IMG/VR virus record: IMGVR_UViG_3300028883_000041
Location: 1-64,000 of that record
Direction: 5' to 3' (one strand)
Origin: a virus
DNA length: 64,000 nt
Positions 19,971 to 29,509 of the stretch are shown here, in pieces (position 1 is the first letter of the stretch; each line of letters starts with the position of its first letter). Position numbers and translations under genes: made by a program. Under the pieces are notes generated by a model that saw nothing but the letters and a program-made list of their open reading frames with translations, was not told where the DNA came from and did no database searches.

Positions 19971-22900
19971 CTATTGACCAGTGTCTTTAATGAACATTAA
20001 GTCATCTAATCTATCATGTTTGACCAGAGAAATGCCAAAGTATTCGAGTAGGTCTTTGGCTACCATGATTTCTTGAATAAACTTTTTCGGTTCAGCAACA
20101 CGTTCATTCCTATTCTTCTTAACTATGTTGTGTGCATTAGAAACAAGAAGATAATTATGTTTATCAAGATATTTGAGTAGTTTATTGAACCTATAGTCAA
20201 CAAGATAACCAAATTTCTTCCATACCTTACCTATTACAAGCATCTCTTCTTTAGTAATTAATTTATTAGTCTTTGCAATATGAGGCATAGGAACATCATC
20301 ATCCATCTTGATAGTCTTCATCACTTCATTATAACTCATACCCCAGTTATAAACAACACTGAAATCTTTAGCCATTGGGTCTTTGGCTCTACCTATTGTC
20401 TGATAGAATGTTTGATGAGCATTCATTATTTCTAATCTACCAGATAACTCTTCTATATCCATACCTACAAACATCCCTTGCTCTTGGTAGTAGTTTGCTA
20501 ACCAAAGAGATGAGTTCTTTGGAGGATTAGGAGGACAGATAGTTACCATCACTCTTTCCTCTTTAGCTACACCTATCGTTTCGTCAGACCTATAGTAGGT
20601 TACTGCTACTTGAGGTATCTCTTCCTTCTTTTTTAAATCCCACATCATATTGAATGTAAAAATATTAGACACAATCAACAACACATTTTGAGTTCCATGT
20701 TGCTTACAAACATTCTTTATGAACTGTTTTAAATCTTCTAAGTCATCATACTTACCAGTAGCTTTGGTTTTTGACAATAGAGTTCTGATATTTATTACCT
20801 TGTTAGATGGAACAATTAATTGTTTATCACAAGTATTTCGTGGGTCTCCTACATTGAACCTTTCAAAGTCTAACCCAAATACATCAGAAGGTTTAGCTAA
20901 AGGCATGGTAGCATCAGTAACTATGATTTGTTTTCCTCTGTTATGCATTTCAGTAACAAATCCAGTAACTTTTCTTATCTTAGGAGAGGTAACAAAACAA
21001 GCATTAATTTTTTTATCAATTGTTGGTGTGTTCTGTAACCACCATACATCAGACTGCAATAACTGTAGCATCTTAATGATATTAGGTAGAGGTTCATTGG
21101 TTCTCTTAACGAAACTCGATATAACAGATAGATAAGCAAAGAAGTTATCTCTGAATTCTTCAAGTTCTTCTGGACCATTCTTAAGTAATACATTCTCTAC
21201 CTTCTCACAATAAACTTTGTCTAATTCACCATCAAACTTTTTAGTCATAACAAACTTCTCATAATGAAGGCAAAACTTTTCTTTGATAAGTCTAAGCTTA
21301 TCTATAGTTTTCATTTGATTGGTATTAAAGCTGACATGAGTATTAGGATTAGGAGGTCCATCAAGTCTATTGAATTCTTCATGAAGATTTTGTATAAAGT
21401 TTCTTGAATTGATTGTGGTCTTGTTGTCATTAGCATCATAATAACTCTCATCATATACAGTTATAGCAAGAGGAGATGATTGAACAAGATTAGATATCTC
21501 ATCCATGAACACCACATCAAATGCATCAAAAATCATATTTAATAATGCTTTAGACTCTGGCTCATTATTTTTAGCAAGAGCAGACATTTTGTCATAGGTC
21601 ATGAACAATACATCATAGTCATATATCCTCTGCATCACAGTTTGGTAGGCACAATACCCTTGTTTCTGTTGATACTGTTGATATTGACTATCATCTGATT
21701 TCCAGATAGGCATAGGAGTTCCATCCTCTTCTCGATGTGGAAACACAAAAGTCTCTCTATAATAAGGACACTCTACCTTTTGACCAGTCTCTTTTGTGAC
21801 TATACAAGAAGGTTTAGTATGGAATGGCATATTCAACCACTCCACCTCTGGTGTAGGACCCCAGTTAGGTTCTTCTTTCTTCTTATTTTTAAGGTCAGTT
21901 ATCTGAAACCTAAGTTTAAGGCAAGAGTTTTTGTTTGAGGAAAGAACAGCACCATTAATCCTCTCTCCATACTGCTCGTAAATTATTCTCATTGCACTGC
22001 TGAATACTTCTTCTGCTATCCTATTTGTAGGAACTAAGACCAACGTACGTTTCTTCATATAGGTTGCAACTCGTATCAAAGTTGTTGTTAGACCAGCACG
22101 AGTAGTTTTGATTGCCTCAAAATGTTTGTGTGGTTGTTGTAACATCTGTGATACTCTATGCGTTATAACATCGAAGTCTCTTTCTTCTTGTGCTTCTGTT
22201 AGAGCTTGGACTATAACTGGTGACGGTTTCTTCCTCAAACAATAACTCCTCCCACACTTGGGTGCATCCTTTGCTGGGTCACAGAAATAAAAATCACTAT
22301 GAATGTCTTGCATCTTGGAACAAGACGGAGGTTTATCTGGCTCTTCTGGATTACCAAGATAAGCTCTTATACTTGTAAAGAGTTTGTTCTTATTTTGTGG
22401 TAGGTTATCTTCTTCATCATTAATTCTAAATCTAAAAAACATTGCCAAGTCGTCTGGAGAGTAGTTCTTATTATGAGAATAGTAATCATATTTCATTGAT
22501 GCTAAGTATCTTAATAGCACCACGTTCTTATGATGACCCCCAGCATGTAGAGCATTATAAATACATGGTGGTGTCTTCTCTGGGTCATTACTTGAGATGA
22601 GTTTAAACATTTCATCTACTTTCTTCTCTTGTTTTTCATCCAGTAAATCATGTGGTTCTGGACATGTAATTTTATAGTAAATTAATGGCTTCTTGAATTC
22701 TTTGATTGTACCTACTCTCTGAACTTTTCTTGACAATTCTTCTATGTCTTCTGTATCCATACTTCTTGTAATATAATCAATGAATTGGAACGGAGGAACT
22801 ACTATTGGTGCAACTTGTATGTTACCTAATTCTGTTTGTTTAATTGTTTCCTCTACATTATATGCACCATTTTGTTTAACAACTGGGACACAATAAAAGG

Positions 22901-23549
22901 TCTTATACCCAAACTTCTGGTATGCAGAATATGGCACCCTAAATATATGTCCTCCTCTCTTATATAACACTGTATCAATAATGATAAGGTATTCAACTGA
23001 TTTATATGTAAACTTTTTACATATCCCTTGGTGGCGTTTAGACTTCTTTCCCTCTTTATTCTTAGGGTAATAAAGGCTAAAGCCTTCATTCTTCTTAAAT
23101 AAGCCATTAACATTATCATCATCCCAGAGCACTGGTAGAAATACGAGTTTACTAACTGCTTTATTATATTTCTGTACTCTATACATTCCTTTACCAGAAA
23201 CATAATCATAGAAACTGATATCTGGATGGTTTTTATCCCACTCTTCCCAAAATTTCATGACTGCTGTCAGTATCATCTTTCTTTGTTGTTCTTTGGTGTT
23301 TAGTTGCTTAGCATAAGGGGTAAGTATCTTCACATCTGTATCAATAACAAACATGGTATGGTCTTTACCTTCTATTGTTCTAAACAAAGGAGTTAAAGGA
23401 TTAATAGCATTAAGGTCAAACTCAGTTTGCCACTTACCAATCTTTTCTCCTCCACCAGTAGCTCTTTCTGCTTTTGATATAGCATTAGCTCCTTTAACAA
23501 AGGGCTTGATAGCATTCCTCATCTTTAGAATTTTACTGTCTTCGGTCAC
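19971..23549 (-). CDS. Primase (AEP-like) / Cys-rich Fe-S / SF2 helicase-like fusion
   Basis: FVIDTD, YVSGKGMY, HIFRVPYS (AEP-like); PPCI...PPSC...C...C (PriL-like); TTRAGLTT, VVFMDEI, QTIGRAKD (SF2-like). Confidence 0.7.
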   Translation of the reverse strand: MTEDSKILKMRNAIKPFVKGANAISKAERATGGGEKIGKWQTEFDLNAINPLTPLFRTIEGKDHTMFVIDTDVKILTPYAKQLNTKEQQRKMILTAVMKFWEEWDKNHPDISFYDYVSGKGMYRVQKYNKAVSKLVFLPVLWDDDNVNGLFKKNEGFSLYYPKNKEGKKSKRHQGICKKFTYKSVEYLIIIDTVLYKRGGHIFRVPYSAYQKFGYKTFYCVPVVKQNGAYNVEETIKQTELGNIQVAPIVVPPFQFIDYITRSMDTEDIEELSRKVQRVGTIKEFKKPLIYYKITCPEPHDLLDEKQEKKVDEMFKLISSNDPEKTPPCIYNALHAGGHHKNVVLLRYLASMKYDYYSHNKNYSPDDLAMFFRFRINDEEDNLPQNKNKLFTSIRAYLGNPEEPDKPPSCSKMQDIHSDFYFCDPAKDAPKCGRSYCLRKKPSPVIVQALTEAQEERDFDVITHRVSQMLQQPHKHFEAIKTTRAGLTTTLIRVATYMKKRTLVLVPTNRIAEEVFSSAMRIIYEQYGERINGAVLSSNKNSCLKLRFQITDLKNKKKEEPNWGPTPEVEWLNMPFHTKPSCIVTKETGQKVECPYYRETFVFPHREEDGTPMPIWKSDDSQYQQYQQKQGYCAYQTVMQRIYDYDVLFMTYDKMSALAKNNEPESKALLNMIFDAFDVVFMDEISNLVQSSPLAITVYDESYYDANDNKTTINSRNFIQNLHEEFNRLDGPPNPNTHVSFNTNQMKTIDKLRLIKEKFCLHYEKFVMTKKFDGELDKVYCEKVENVLLKNGPEELEEFRDNFFAYLSVISSFVKRTNEPLPNIIKMLQLLQSDVWWLQNTPTIDKKINACFVTSPKIRKVTGFVTEMHNRGKQIIVTDATMPLAKPSDVFGLDFERFNVGDPRNTCDKQLIVPSNKVINIRTLLSKTKATGKYDDLEDLKQFIKNVCKQHGTQNVLLIVSNIFTFNMMWDLKKKEEIPQVAVTYYRSDETIGVAKEERVMVTICPPNPPKNSSLWLANYYQEQGMFVGMDIEELSGRLEIMNAHQTFYQTIGRAKDPMAKDFSVVYNWGMSYNEVMKTIKMDDDVPMPHIAKTNKLITKEEMLVIGKVWKKFGYLVDYRFNKLLKYLDKHNYLLVSNAHNIVKKNRNERVAEPKKFIQEIMVAKDLLEYFGISLVKHDRLDDLMFIKDTGQ

Positions 23550-23630
23550 GTGTTGGTCTCCACATGAATGGTAATTTAACTTAATTTTTTGTACCTTAAA
23601 AACATTTCTTATGAGTGTACCACGAATATT

Positions 23631-23728
23631 CGAAAGGTTTAAATACCATCAAGAAAATAGTAATTTACTAGCTTGAATTAGGATGCTTTCAATACTGAAA
23701 GTTAAGGAGGATTTCCTCCTTCCTCCTT
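23631..23728 (+). promoter_or_regulatory. Promoter and structured leader of the SSB-like gene
   Basis: CGAAAGGTTTAAATA at 23631-23645; AAGGAGG-ATTT-CCTCCTT-CCTCCTT at 23704-23728. Confidence 0.6.
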
Positions 23729-23758
23729 TAAGTTATAGAAAACAAGTAAAAAAAGTAA

Positions 23759-25204
23759 GTGATTGAAATGGTTGATGAACTATTTTTAATGAAAAAACTG
23801 AAAGAAGTCGAATTTGAAGACTTTGATGTATCTGTGGATGATTATCTACAGAAGCAAACTGACCTTGATAAAATCAAGGAGTATTACAAAGACGATGCCA
23901 ACATGGATGCTCAGCTTACTGAGGTAGCAAAGGAAATATTTGATGATAAGATATATCAGATTACTACAGTAAGAGGAGCTATCAATGCAGTGCTCGGAAA
24001 AGTAAGAGAACAAGTCTATGCCAAACTAAGCGAAAATGCTTTAGAGGAAAAGATTGAAGAAGGAGATTATATCATAGAAACTGGTACAATCTTAGGAGCT
24101 TATGATTTTCCAATCCGTAAGGATGATGGGTCTACCTTTACTAAGAACTTTATGGTTCTATCTACTGATGATGGGATAATAGAGATTACATGTATTGGTG
24201 ATAAGATTGGTCCAAGAAAACGTGCTGTTCCTATACCCTTTATGAAAAGAGCATCTTATGTTATTAATCCTAAGAAATTCACCAGAGCTAATGGTGTTCA
24301 AGATGTGGATTATGCAGCGATGAGAGTAGGTGAGGTTAGTGATGAGTTTGATATCATAACTGAACACTTAGCAGCTGCTGAGAATACAGAAGGTGGTCTG
24401 TGGGATATTGATAGAATTGTTGATGAGTTCCCACCAGAAGGTCAACTCAAGAGAGGAGATTGGATTTGGTTTAAAGGGATAATCAGAAACATTGAACCTT
24501 TCCCAATATTTGAAGGAAGAGAGATGACTGGTCAATACCATCATTTAGTTACATATGATAAATATAATGAACCTACTTATGCTTTCAATTTATCTGCAAG
24601 AGGTAAGTTCTTTGATGATGAGGCTTTCTATCCTACTATAAGATTACAGCCAACTGAGATTGGATATACACAAGTAGAATGGGATGGTGTTGAAGAGTTA
24701 GTAACAGCATTAACAGAAGCTCAGAATGATATGGACCCTTCAGACCAATTCAAAACTCTTGATAACGAGATTACTGATAGAGTGTTTTATGCTCTTGTAA
24801 AAGTAGCAAAGATTGAACAACGTAAAGGTCAAAGCAGACAAGAAGGTAGAGAAGGAGAAACAGTAGATAGGTTCTTCATTAATCTAAATGCAGTATATGT
24901 CAGAATAACTGATGAGATTATTCCATGGAAACCTCAAACCAATGAGGAAGAAGAGGAAGAAGAAGAGAAACCAGCTAAAGCTCCAGCTAAGAAATCTCCT
25001 CCTAAAAAGAAACCAGCGACACCAGCTAAAGCAACAGCATGGAAAGCACAAGCAGTAAAGCAAATTACTGAATGGAGAAAAGCTATTCCAGATGCAGATT
25101 TTGAAACACTCGTAGACAACGATGCTTTCGATGATGATGTGTTCAAAGGCGTAGACGAAGCAGCCCTTAAAACTGTCTTTGAAGATTTAATAAAGGATGA
25201 TTGA
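23759..25204 (+). CDS. Putative ssDNA-binding (OB-fold/RPA-like) protein
   Basis: Beta-rich acidic core, E-run and K/P/A linker, acidic tail; coupled to a Sak4-like ATPase. Fold is inferred. Confidence 0.45.
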   Translation: MIEMVDELFLMKKLKEVEFEDFDVSVDDYLQKQTDLDKIKEYYKDDANMDAQLTEVAKEIFDDKIYQITTVRGAINAVLGKVREQVYAKLSENALEEKIEEGDYIIETGTILGAYDFPIRKDDGSTFTKNFMVLSTDDGIIEITCIGDKIGPRKRAVPIPFMKRASYVINPKKFTRANGVQDVDYAAMRVGEVSDEFDIITEHLAAAENTEGGLWDIDRIVDEFPPEGQLKRGDWIWFKGIIRNIEPFPIFEGREMTGQYHHLVTYDKYNEPTYAFNLSARGKFFDDEAFYPTIRLQPTEIGYTQVEWDGVEELVTALTEAQNDMDPSDQFKTLDNEITDRVFYALVKVAKIEQRKGQSRQEGREGETVDRFFINLNAVYVRITDEIIPWKPQTNEEEEEEEEKPAKAPAKKSPPKKKPATPAKATAWKAQAVKQITEWRKAIPDADFETLVDNDAFDDDVFKGVDEAALKTVFEDLIKDD

Positions 25205-26051
25205 AATGTCAAGAAGAGCAAGAACAGTAAGTAATATAACTTTGAAGGATACTACAGCCAATAGTATCTATACTCCATATGTTAAAGGTATAGTGTATGG
25301 TGGAACTAACTTAGGCAAGACTTATTTGGTTCTTAACTCTTATTTCAATACTGAAAAGAAGAAGAAAGTATTATTCATTAATACTGACCAACCAGAGAAC
25401 TTTCTCAAGAACTTTAATCATTTGACAGATGCACAAAAACTGCGAGTAGTACAACCACATGAAGAGATGAAGATAGGACATACATTAGATGATGTAAAGA
25501 ATATCTCACCTCTCATCAAACAAATTTTAACTCCTCCTATCTCAAAAGAGATACATGATGGAACCATAGGTCTCATTGTTATTGATACTATTGATGTTAT
25601 TCAAGAGGCATATGAGAACAATGCTATGGACAACGATTTTAGTGGTACTCCAGAAATGTTTGTTAAAGGAAGAGGTAGAGCACAGATGGAACGAGAGTTC
25701 CTCAAACCTCTTATCAAACTTCCATGTAACTTCATTGCTACTTCTGCATTTGACATTGTTTACAAAGAAGGTAAAGGTCCTCTAAAAGATATTGCTACTA
25801 AAGAAGTAGATGGTAAAGATATCCATATTCATAAGCCAAGACTTAACGCTAAGATGTGGAAACACTTTACAAATATCATGGAACTCAGAGACATTTACCA
25901 ATTCGATGAGAAAAAGAGTCAGATTAATGGATACTTCATTAAATCAAAAAGAGACCAAGGGTTATATACCTATAATGTATTAAAAGGAGATAAAGAGTCT
26001 GGAAAAGGTCCAAGCTATGCTAAGTACATGGCTTATGACAGAGGACTCTAA
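25197..26051 (+). CDS. RecA-fold AAA_24/Sak4-like ATPase
   Basis: IVYGGTNLGKT Walker A; LIVIDTID Walker B. Confidence 0.75.
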   Translation: MIEMSRRARTVSNITLKDTTANSIYTPYVKGIVYGGTNLGKTYLVLNSYFNTEKKKKVLFINTDQPENFLKNFNHLTDAQKLRVVQPHEEMKIGHTLDDVKNISPLIKQILTPPISKEIHDGTIGLIVIDTIDVIQEAYENNAMDNDFSGTPEMFVKGRGRAQMEREFLKPLIKLPCNFIATSAFDIVYKEGKGPLKDIATKEVDGKDIHIHKPRLNAKMWKHFTNIMELRDIYQFDEKKSQINGYFIKSKRDQGLYTYNVLKGDKESGKGPSYAKYMAYDRGL

Positions 26052-26391
26052 TCCTATTTTTTTTTCGGTGAGAGAAATGAGACTTGGAGAGTTAGATGAA
26101 CATACACAGTACCAGATACTCAAGAGATACTTAGATGGACATGAACCAGAGTATGAAGGGAAACCAGTAGTAATACCAAACAGTATTACCGTAAGGTTTA
26201 CTTGTTCTAACTATATGTGTGGTAAGTTAATCATGCCTTCCTATTATAAGTCTGACTTAGAAAACATACCTAATAGGATTATGTGTCCTCTTTGTGGTCA
26301 ATGGGCAACCAGACATTATATGGGTGCTACTGTAGATTTACAGAAGGAAGTCAAGAGAACAGTGCAAAAGCGGATGATTGATTACCAATAA
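26017..26391 (+). CDS. Zn-finger protein with PIP-like C-terminus
   Basis: CSNYMC...CPLC; ends QKRMIDYQ. Confidence 0.65.
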   Translation: MLSTWLMTEDSNPIFFSVREMRLGELDEHTQYQILKRYLDGHEPEYEGKPVVIPNSITVRFTCSNYMCGKLIMPSYYKSDLENIPNRIMCPLCGQWATRHYMGATVDLQKEVKRTVQKRMIDYQ

Positions 26392-26457
26392 AAGAATTGG
26401 AGTCATATATAACAGAAAAGTTTTAATATTTACTAATAGTAGGTAAACACGATACAT

Positions 26458-26889
26458 ATGGTCGATTTAAGTAATGCTGATTTCTGGATACAAGTAGGAT
26501 TTTACGTAGCAGCTATTAGTGCTGGTATATTCTATTACTTCAGAGCAAAGAAAAAAGGAGAGGCAGCTCCTCCTCAATTGATGCAACTATTTCAAAGCCA
26601 AACATCCATGTTAATGGAATGGTTCTTTAAAGCAGTTGCAGATGGTGTTATAACAAAAGAAGAAGCTCAAGAGCTAAAGGCAAAGTTCACAGCTAATCTG
26701 GATGATACTTTGGAAACTATTTTAAGGTTTTATTTACCCACGGAAGACGTGATTATAGAACCAGAACCAGTTCCAGTTCCAGAACCAGTAGTGGTTGAAG
26801 AACCAGTGGTTGAAGAACCAGAAGTAATTGATGAAATTGCTTCAGAAGAACCTCCAGTTGAAGAACCAGTAGAAGACACACCAGAATAA
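26458..26889 (+). CDS. Single-TM membrane protein with Pro/Glu-rich tail (holin-like candidate)
   Basis: N-terminal TM FWIQVGFYVAAISAGIFYYF; ADGVITKEE; EPV repeats. Confidence 0.65.
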   Translation: MVDLSNADFWIQVGFYVAAISAGIFYYFRAKKKGEAAPPQLMQLFQSQTSMLMEWFFKAVADGVITKEEAQELKAKFTANLDDTLETILRFYLPTEDVIIEPEPVPVPEPVVVEEPVVEEPEVIDEIASEEPPVEEPVEDTPE

Positions 26890-27711
26890 TTAGATTAATC
26901 TATCTTTACCTCTTTTTCCTCTTTCCATTTTTTTAGGAAAGTTAGTATTTAGTTCAAGCCAGTATTTGTTTCTGTCTTCAGAGGTAACTTTCTTTCTGTT
27001 CTTTTTCTTGATTATCATAGGTAATACCCAAAAACCAGTGAGACCTAATGTCACTGCGATGAGTAGAATAGCAAGAGGGTTGTTGATAATCCATGCAATG
27101 ATACCGCTGTCATAGTTAAGTAATGATAAAGCAGTAATTAAAATAGATGAGATGTAACCACCAGCAAGTATCCCTTTCTTACCAGAACTGAGAGAACCTT
27201 TGAAAGTTTCCACTACACTGGAACTTTTTTCTGCTACTCTCATAATAAGCATAGTTTGTTGTTCAATCATACTTTCTAAATCAACAGTCCTTTGAGCAAG
27301 TTGAGCAACAGATGTTTCAAGAGTATATATTCTTGCTCTCATAATATTAACAGAGACCTTATCTACATGTGCTTCGATTGATGATAGTAAGGTAGGTAGA
27401 TTGATTGCTTTCTTGGAGAAATGAGCCTTAACTCCTTCAGCCATCTGTTCTATTTCTTGATGACCAGAGATAGTTATAATGTTAGCATCTGGGTCCATCT
27501 CTAAGATTTTTTCAGTTGCTTCTTCTCCACCCATGGTTGGCATAACTAAATCCATGAGTACTAAGTCTGGCATATTTCTCCTATATACCTTTACAGCATC
27601 CTCTCCACTGAACACTTGGATGATATCATATCTATCTTTGAGTTTATCTCTAAGTCCATTAGAGTATATCTCATTATCATCCACAATCATAATAGTACTC
27701 TTGTATTCCAT
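26890..27711 (-). CDS. Response-regulator receiver domain fused to coiled coil and two TM helices
   Basis: IMIVDD, PDLVLMDLVMPTMGG, ITISG, K at FSKK; hydrophobic C-terminal hairpin. Confidence 0.85.
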   Translation of the reverse strand: MEYKSTIMIVDDNEIYSNGLRDKLKDRYDIIQVFSGEDAVKVYRRNMPDLVLMDLVMPTMGGEEATEKILEMDPDANIITISGHQEIEQMAEGVKAHFSKKAINLPTLLSSIEAHVDKVSVNIMRARIYTLETSVAQLAQRTVDLESMIEQQTMLIMRVAEKSSSVVETFKGSLSSGKKGILAGGYISSILITALSLLNYDSGIIAWIINNPLAILLIAVTLGLTGFWVLPMIIKKKNRKKVTSEDRNKYWLELNTNFPKKMERGKRGKDRLI

Positions 27712-27751
27712 AGACCTCTATGTTTTATTAGCAAGATGATTATAAAAACTA

Positions 27752-27961
27752 TTAGGTGTTTAGAACAACTGTTGATAATTCATTAATCAAATCAATTAGT
27801 TCTATACTAACTTCATGAGGTCCATAAAGTATCTTATCACAGACAGCACATTCTCTGCTATAGATAATAATATTCTCATTATCTGTAGGTTTAAAGCAAG
27901 TCTTAGGAATATGCTTCCCAAACCGACATCTCATCTTCATCCAAAATTGTGTAACTTTCAT
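27752..27961 (-). CDS. Small Zn-binding protein
   Basis: CRFGKH...CAVC. Confidence 0.6.
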   Translation of the reverse strand: MKVTQFWMKMRCRFGKHIPKTCFKPTDNENIIIYSRECAVCDKILYGPHEVSIELIDLINELSTVVLNT

Positions 27962-28859
27962 CTTTCATCACTGGTATTTCTAATTCGCCCATAAGATACT
28001 CTCCACACTCAAGTATATGTTCACACACTGCACATATTCCTCCAGTCAATCCTACATGACCAGAACGAGTGTTTATTGGAAGCGGTCTTGGGTCACGAAA
28101 TTTTTTCTGTGCTTTCCTAAAGTCGTTTACATTTACACTGTACCACTTTGCTTTATATTTTGATGCACCTAACAACACACACAGAACTTGAGGTTTTCCG
28201 TCCTCTATATAATAAGGATATTTTTCTAAGAACCCTTGCTTAGCTAACTCAGCATAATACTCACTCTCTACGAGTAGAGGATTGTAGTATCCAGATAACT
28301 GTAGATAATGTGATGGAATAACAGTAGAACCACTCTTCCAATCTATGATTAATAATCTCCATCCATGCTCTGTCTTATACAAAGCAAGTAGGTCTATGGT
28401 ACCAGCTAAACTATTATATGGGTCCACCTTACCATTAGGTAGTTTTTTTATGTTTCTTATTTTCTTTTCGACAGCTATAATTCTGATATAGTCTTTATAC
28501 TCATTCCAAAATTGTAGGAAGTTGTTGAATGCTTTCTCTATCTTATCCAAGAATATCCTATACCTTTCTGGCTTCTTTATCAGAGCCTTTATCTGTGCTT
28601 GGTCTGCTTTACTTAGAACCAACGTCTGAGCTGGTATTCCTATCAGTTCTCTTAGAAATGTTTCTATCCTATCATGGACTATTGTCCCAGCAACAGCAGC
28701 AAGATTGTATCTAACTATAGGATTAGAATGTATCCCCTCCCACTCATCTCTCTCTTTTTTATTAACTGGGTTAAGCCAAGCTGTCATCTCACATTGTAAA
28801 GCAGATGCTACCTCTGTTACTCTTGGTATTAAGTCATCTTTGTCGTATAGATATGGCAT
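27903..28859 (-). CDS. Cas4-like PD-(D/E)xK exonuclease
   Basis: GTIVH, AVEK, AGTIDLL, IIDWKSG, QLSGY; N-terminal Cys plus CAVCEHILEC. Confidence 0.85.
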   Translation of the reverse strand: MPYLYDKDDLIPRVTEVASALQCEMTAWLNPVNKKERDEWEGIHSNPIVRYNLAAVAGTIVHDRIETFLRELIGIPAQTLVLSKADQAQIKALIKKPERYRIFLDKIEKAFNNFLQFWNEYKDYIRIIAVEKKIRNIKKLPNGKVDPYNSLAGTIDLLALYKTEHGWRLLIIDWKSGSTVIPSHYLQLSGYYNPLLVESEYYAELAKQGFLEKYPYYIEDGKPQVLCVLLGASKYKAKWYSVNVNDFRKAQKKFRDPRPLPINTRSGHVGLTGGICAVCEHILECGEYLMGELEIPVMKDESYTILDEDEMSVWEAYS

Positions 28860-28860
28860 C

Positions 28861-29448
28861 TTAATCTTTCCTCAAGTTTTGAAGATTGCTTAAGCTGTTA
28901 ATCCTTTTCTGTGCTTTCAATGCAACATCAGTATAACCTTTTTTCTCTGCATCTTTCATCATGATAGATAACATCTTCAAGTCAGAACAACTCTTAATCT
29001 CTTCTTCCATATTTTTCTTCTCTTCTTCAATTATCTTAACATTATCCTCAGTAGGCTTATCATCTTCAATATAAGAAGTAGAAGGGATTTCAGATGCTGT
29101 TTCTTTTTCCTTCATTCCTAAAGCCTTAAGGATATCAGTAGGATTAGCATAACTTTGTACTGGAGGAGTAGGAGCATTTAACTCTTCAAGTGTCATAGAA
29201 GGTGGTTCTGGTATTGGAGTTTGTGATGAGATTGCTTCTTGTAGTAATCTTTGATGTTCTTCTTCTTCTTTAGCCATCTCTTCATTATAATACATATCAT
29301 ATCGAGCCATATAGATAGGGTTATGAACACACTGATATTGACCACACCATCCATGAGGTTTGGCTTTACCAGTGGCACTATCAATCATTCTAATATAACG
29401 GTCACATTTTTTAGATTTTATCTGACCTACATAATAATTACATTCCAT
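28861..29448 (-). CDS. Hypothetical protein, Cys-rich N-terminus
   Basis: Promoter GAAAGGTTTAAAA at 29471-29483 (minus strand). Confidence 0.7.
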   Translation of the reverse strand: MECNYYVGQIKSKKCDRYIRMIDSATGKAKPHGWCGQYQCVHNPIYMARYDMYYNEEMAKEEEEHQRLLQEAISSQTPIPEPPSMTLEELNAPTPPVQSYANPTDILKALGMKEKETASEIPSTSYIEDDKPTEDNVKIIEEEKKNMEEEIKSCSDLKMLSIMMKDAEKKGYTDVALKAQKRINSLSNLQNLRKD

Positions 29449-29509
29449 AGGAGTGTATTGTATTTAAATCTTTTAAACCTTTCTATAATAAAAAGTAATC
29501 GAGAGAATG

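Noticed and set aside
27903-28859. CRISPR-Cas locus
   Set aside because: Solo Cas4-like gene; no cas1/cas2 or array in the window
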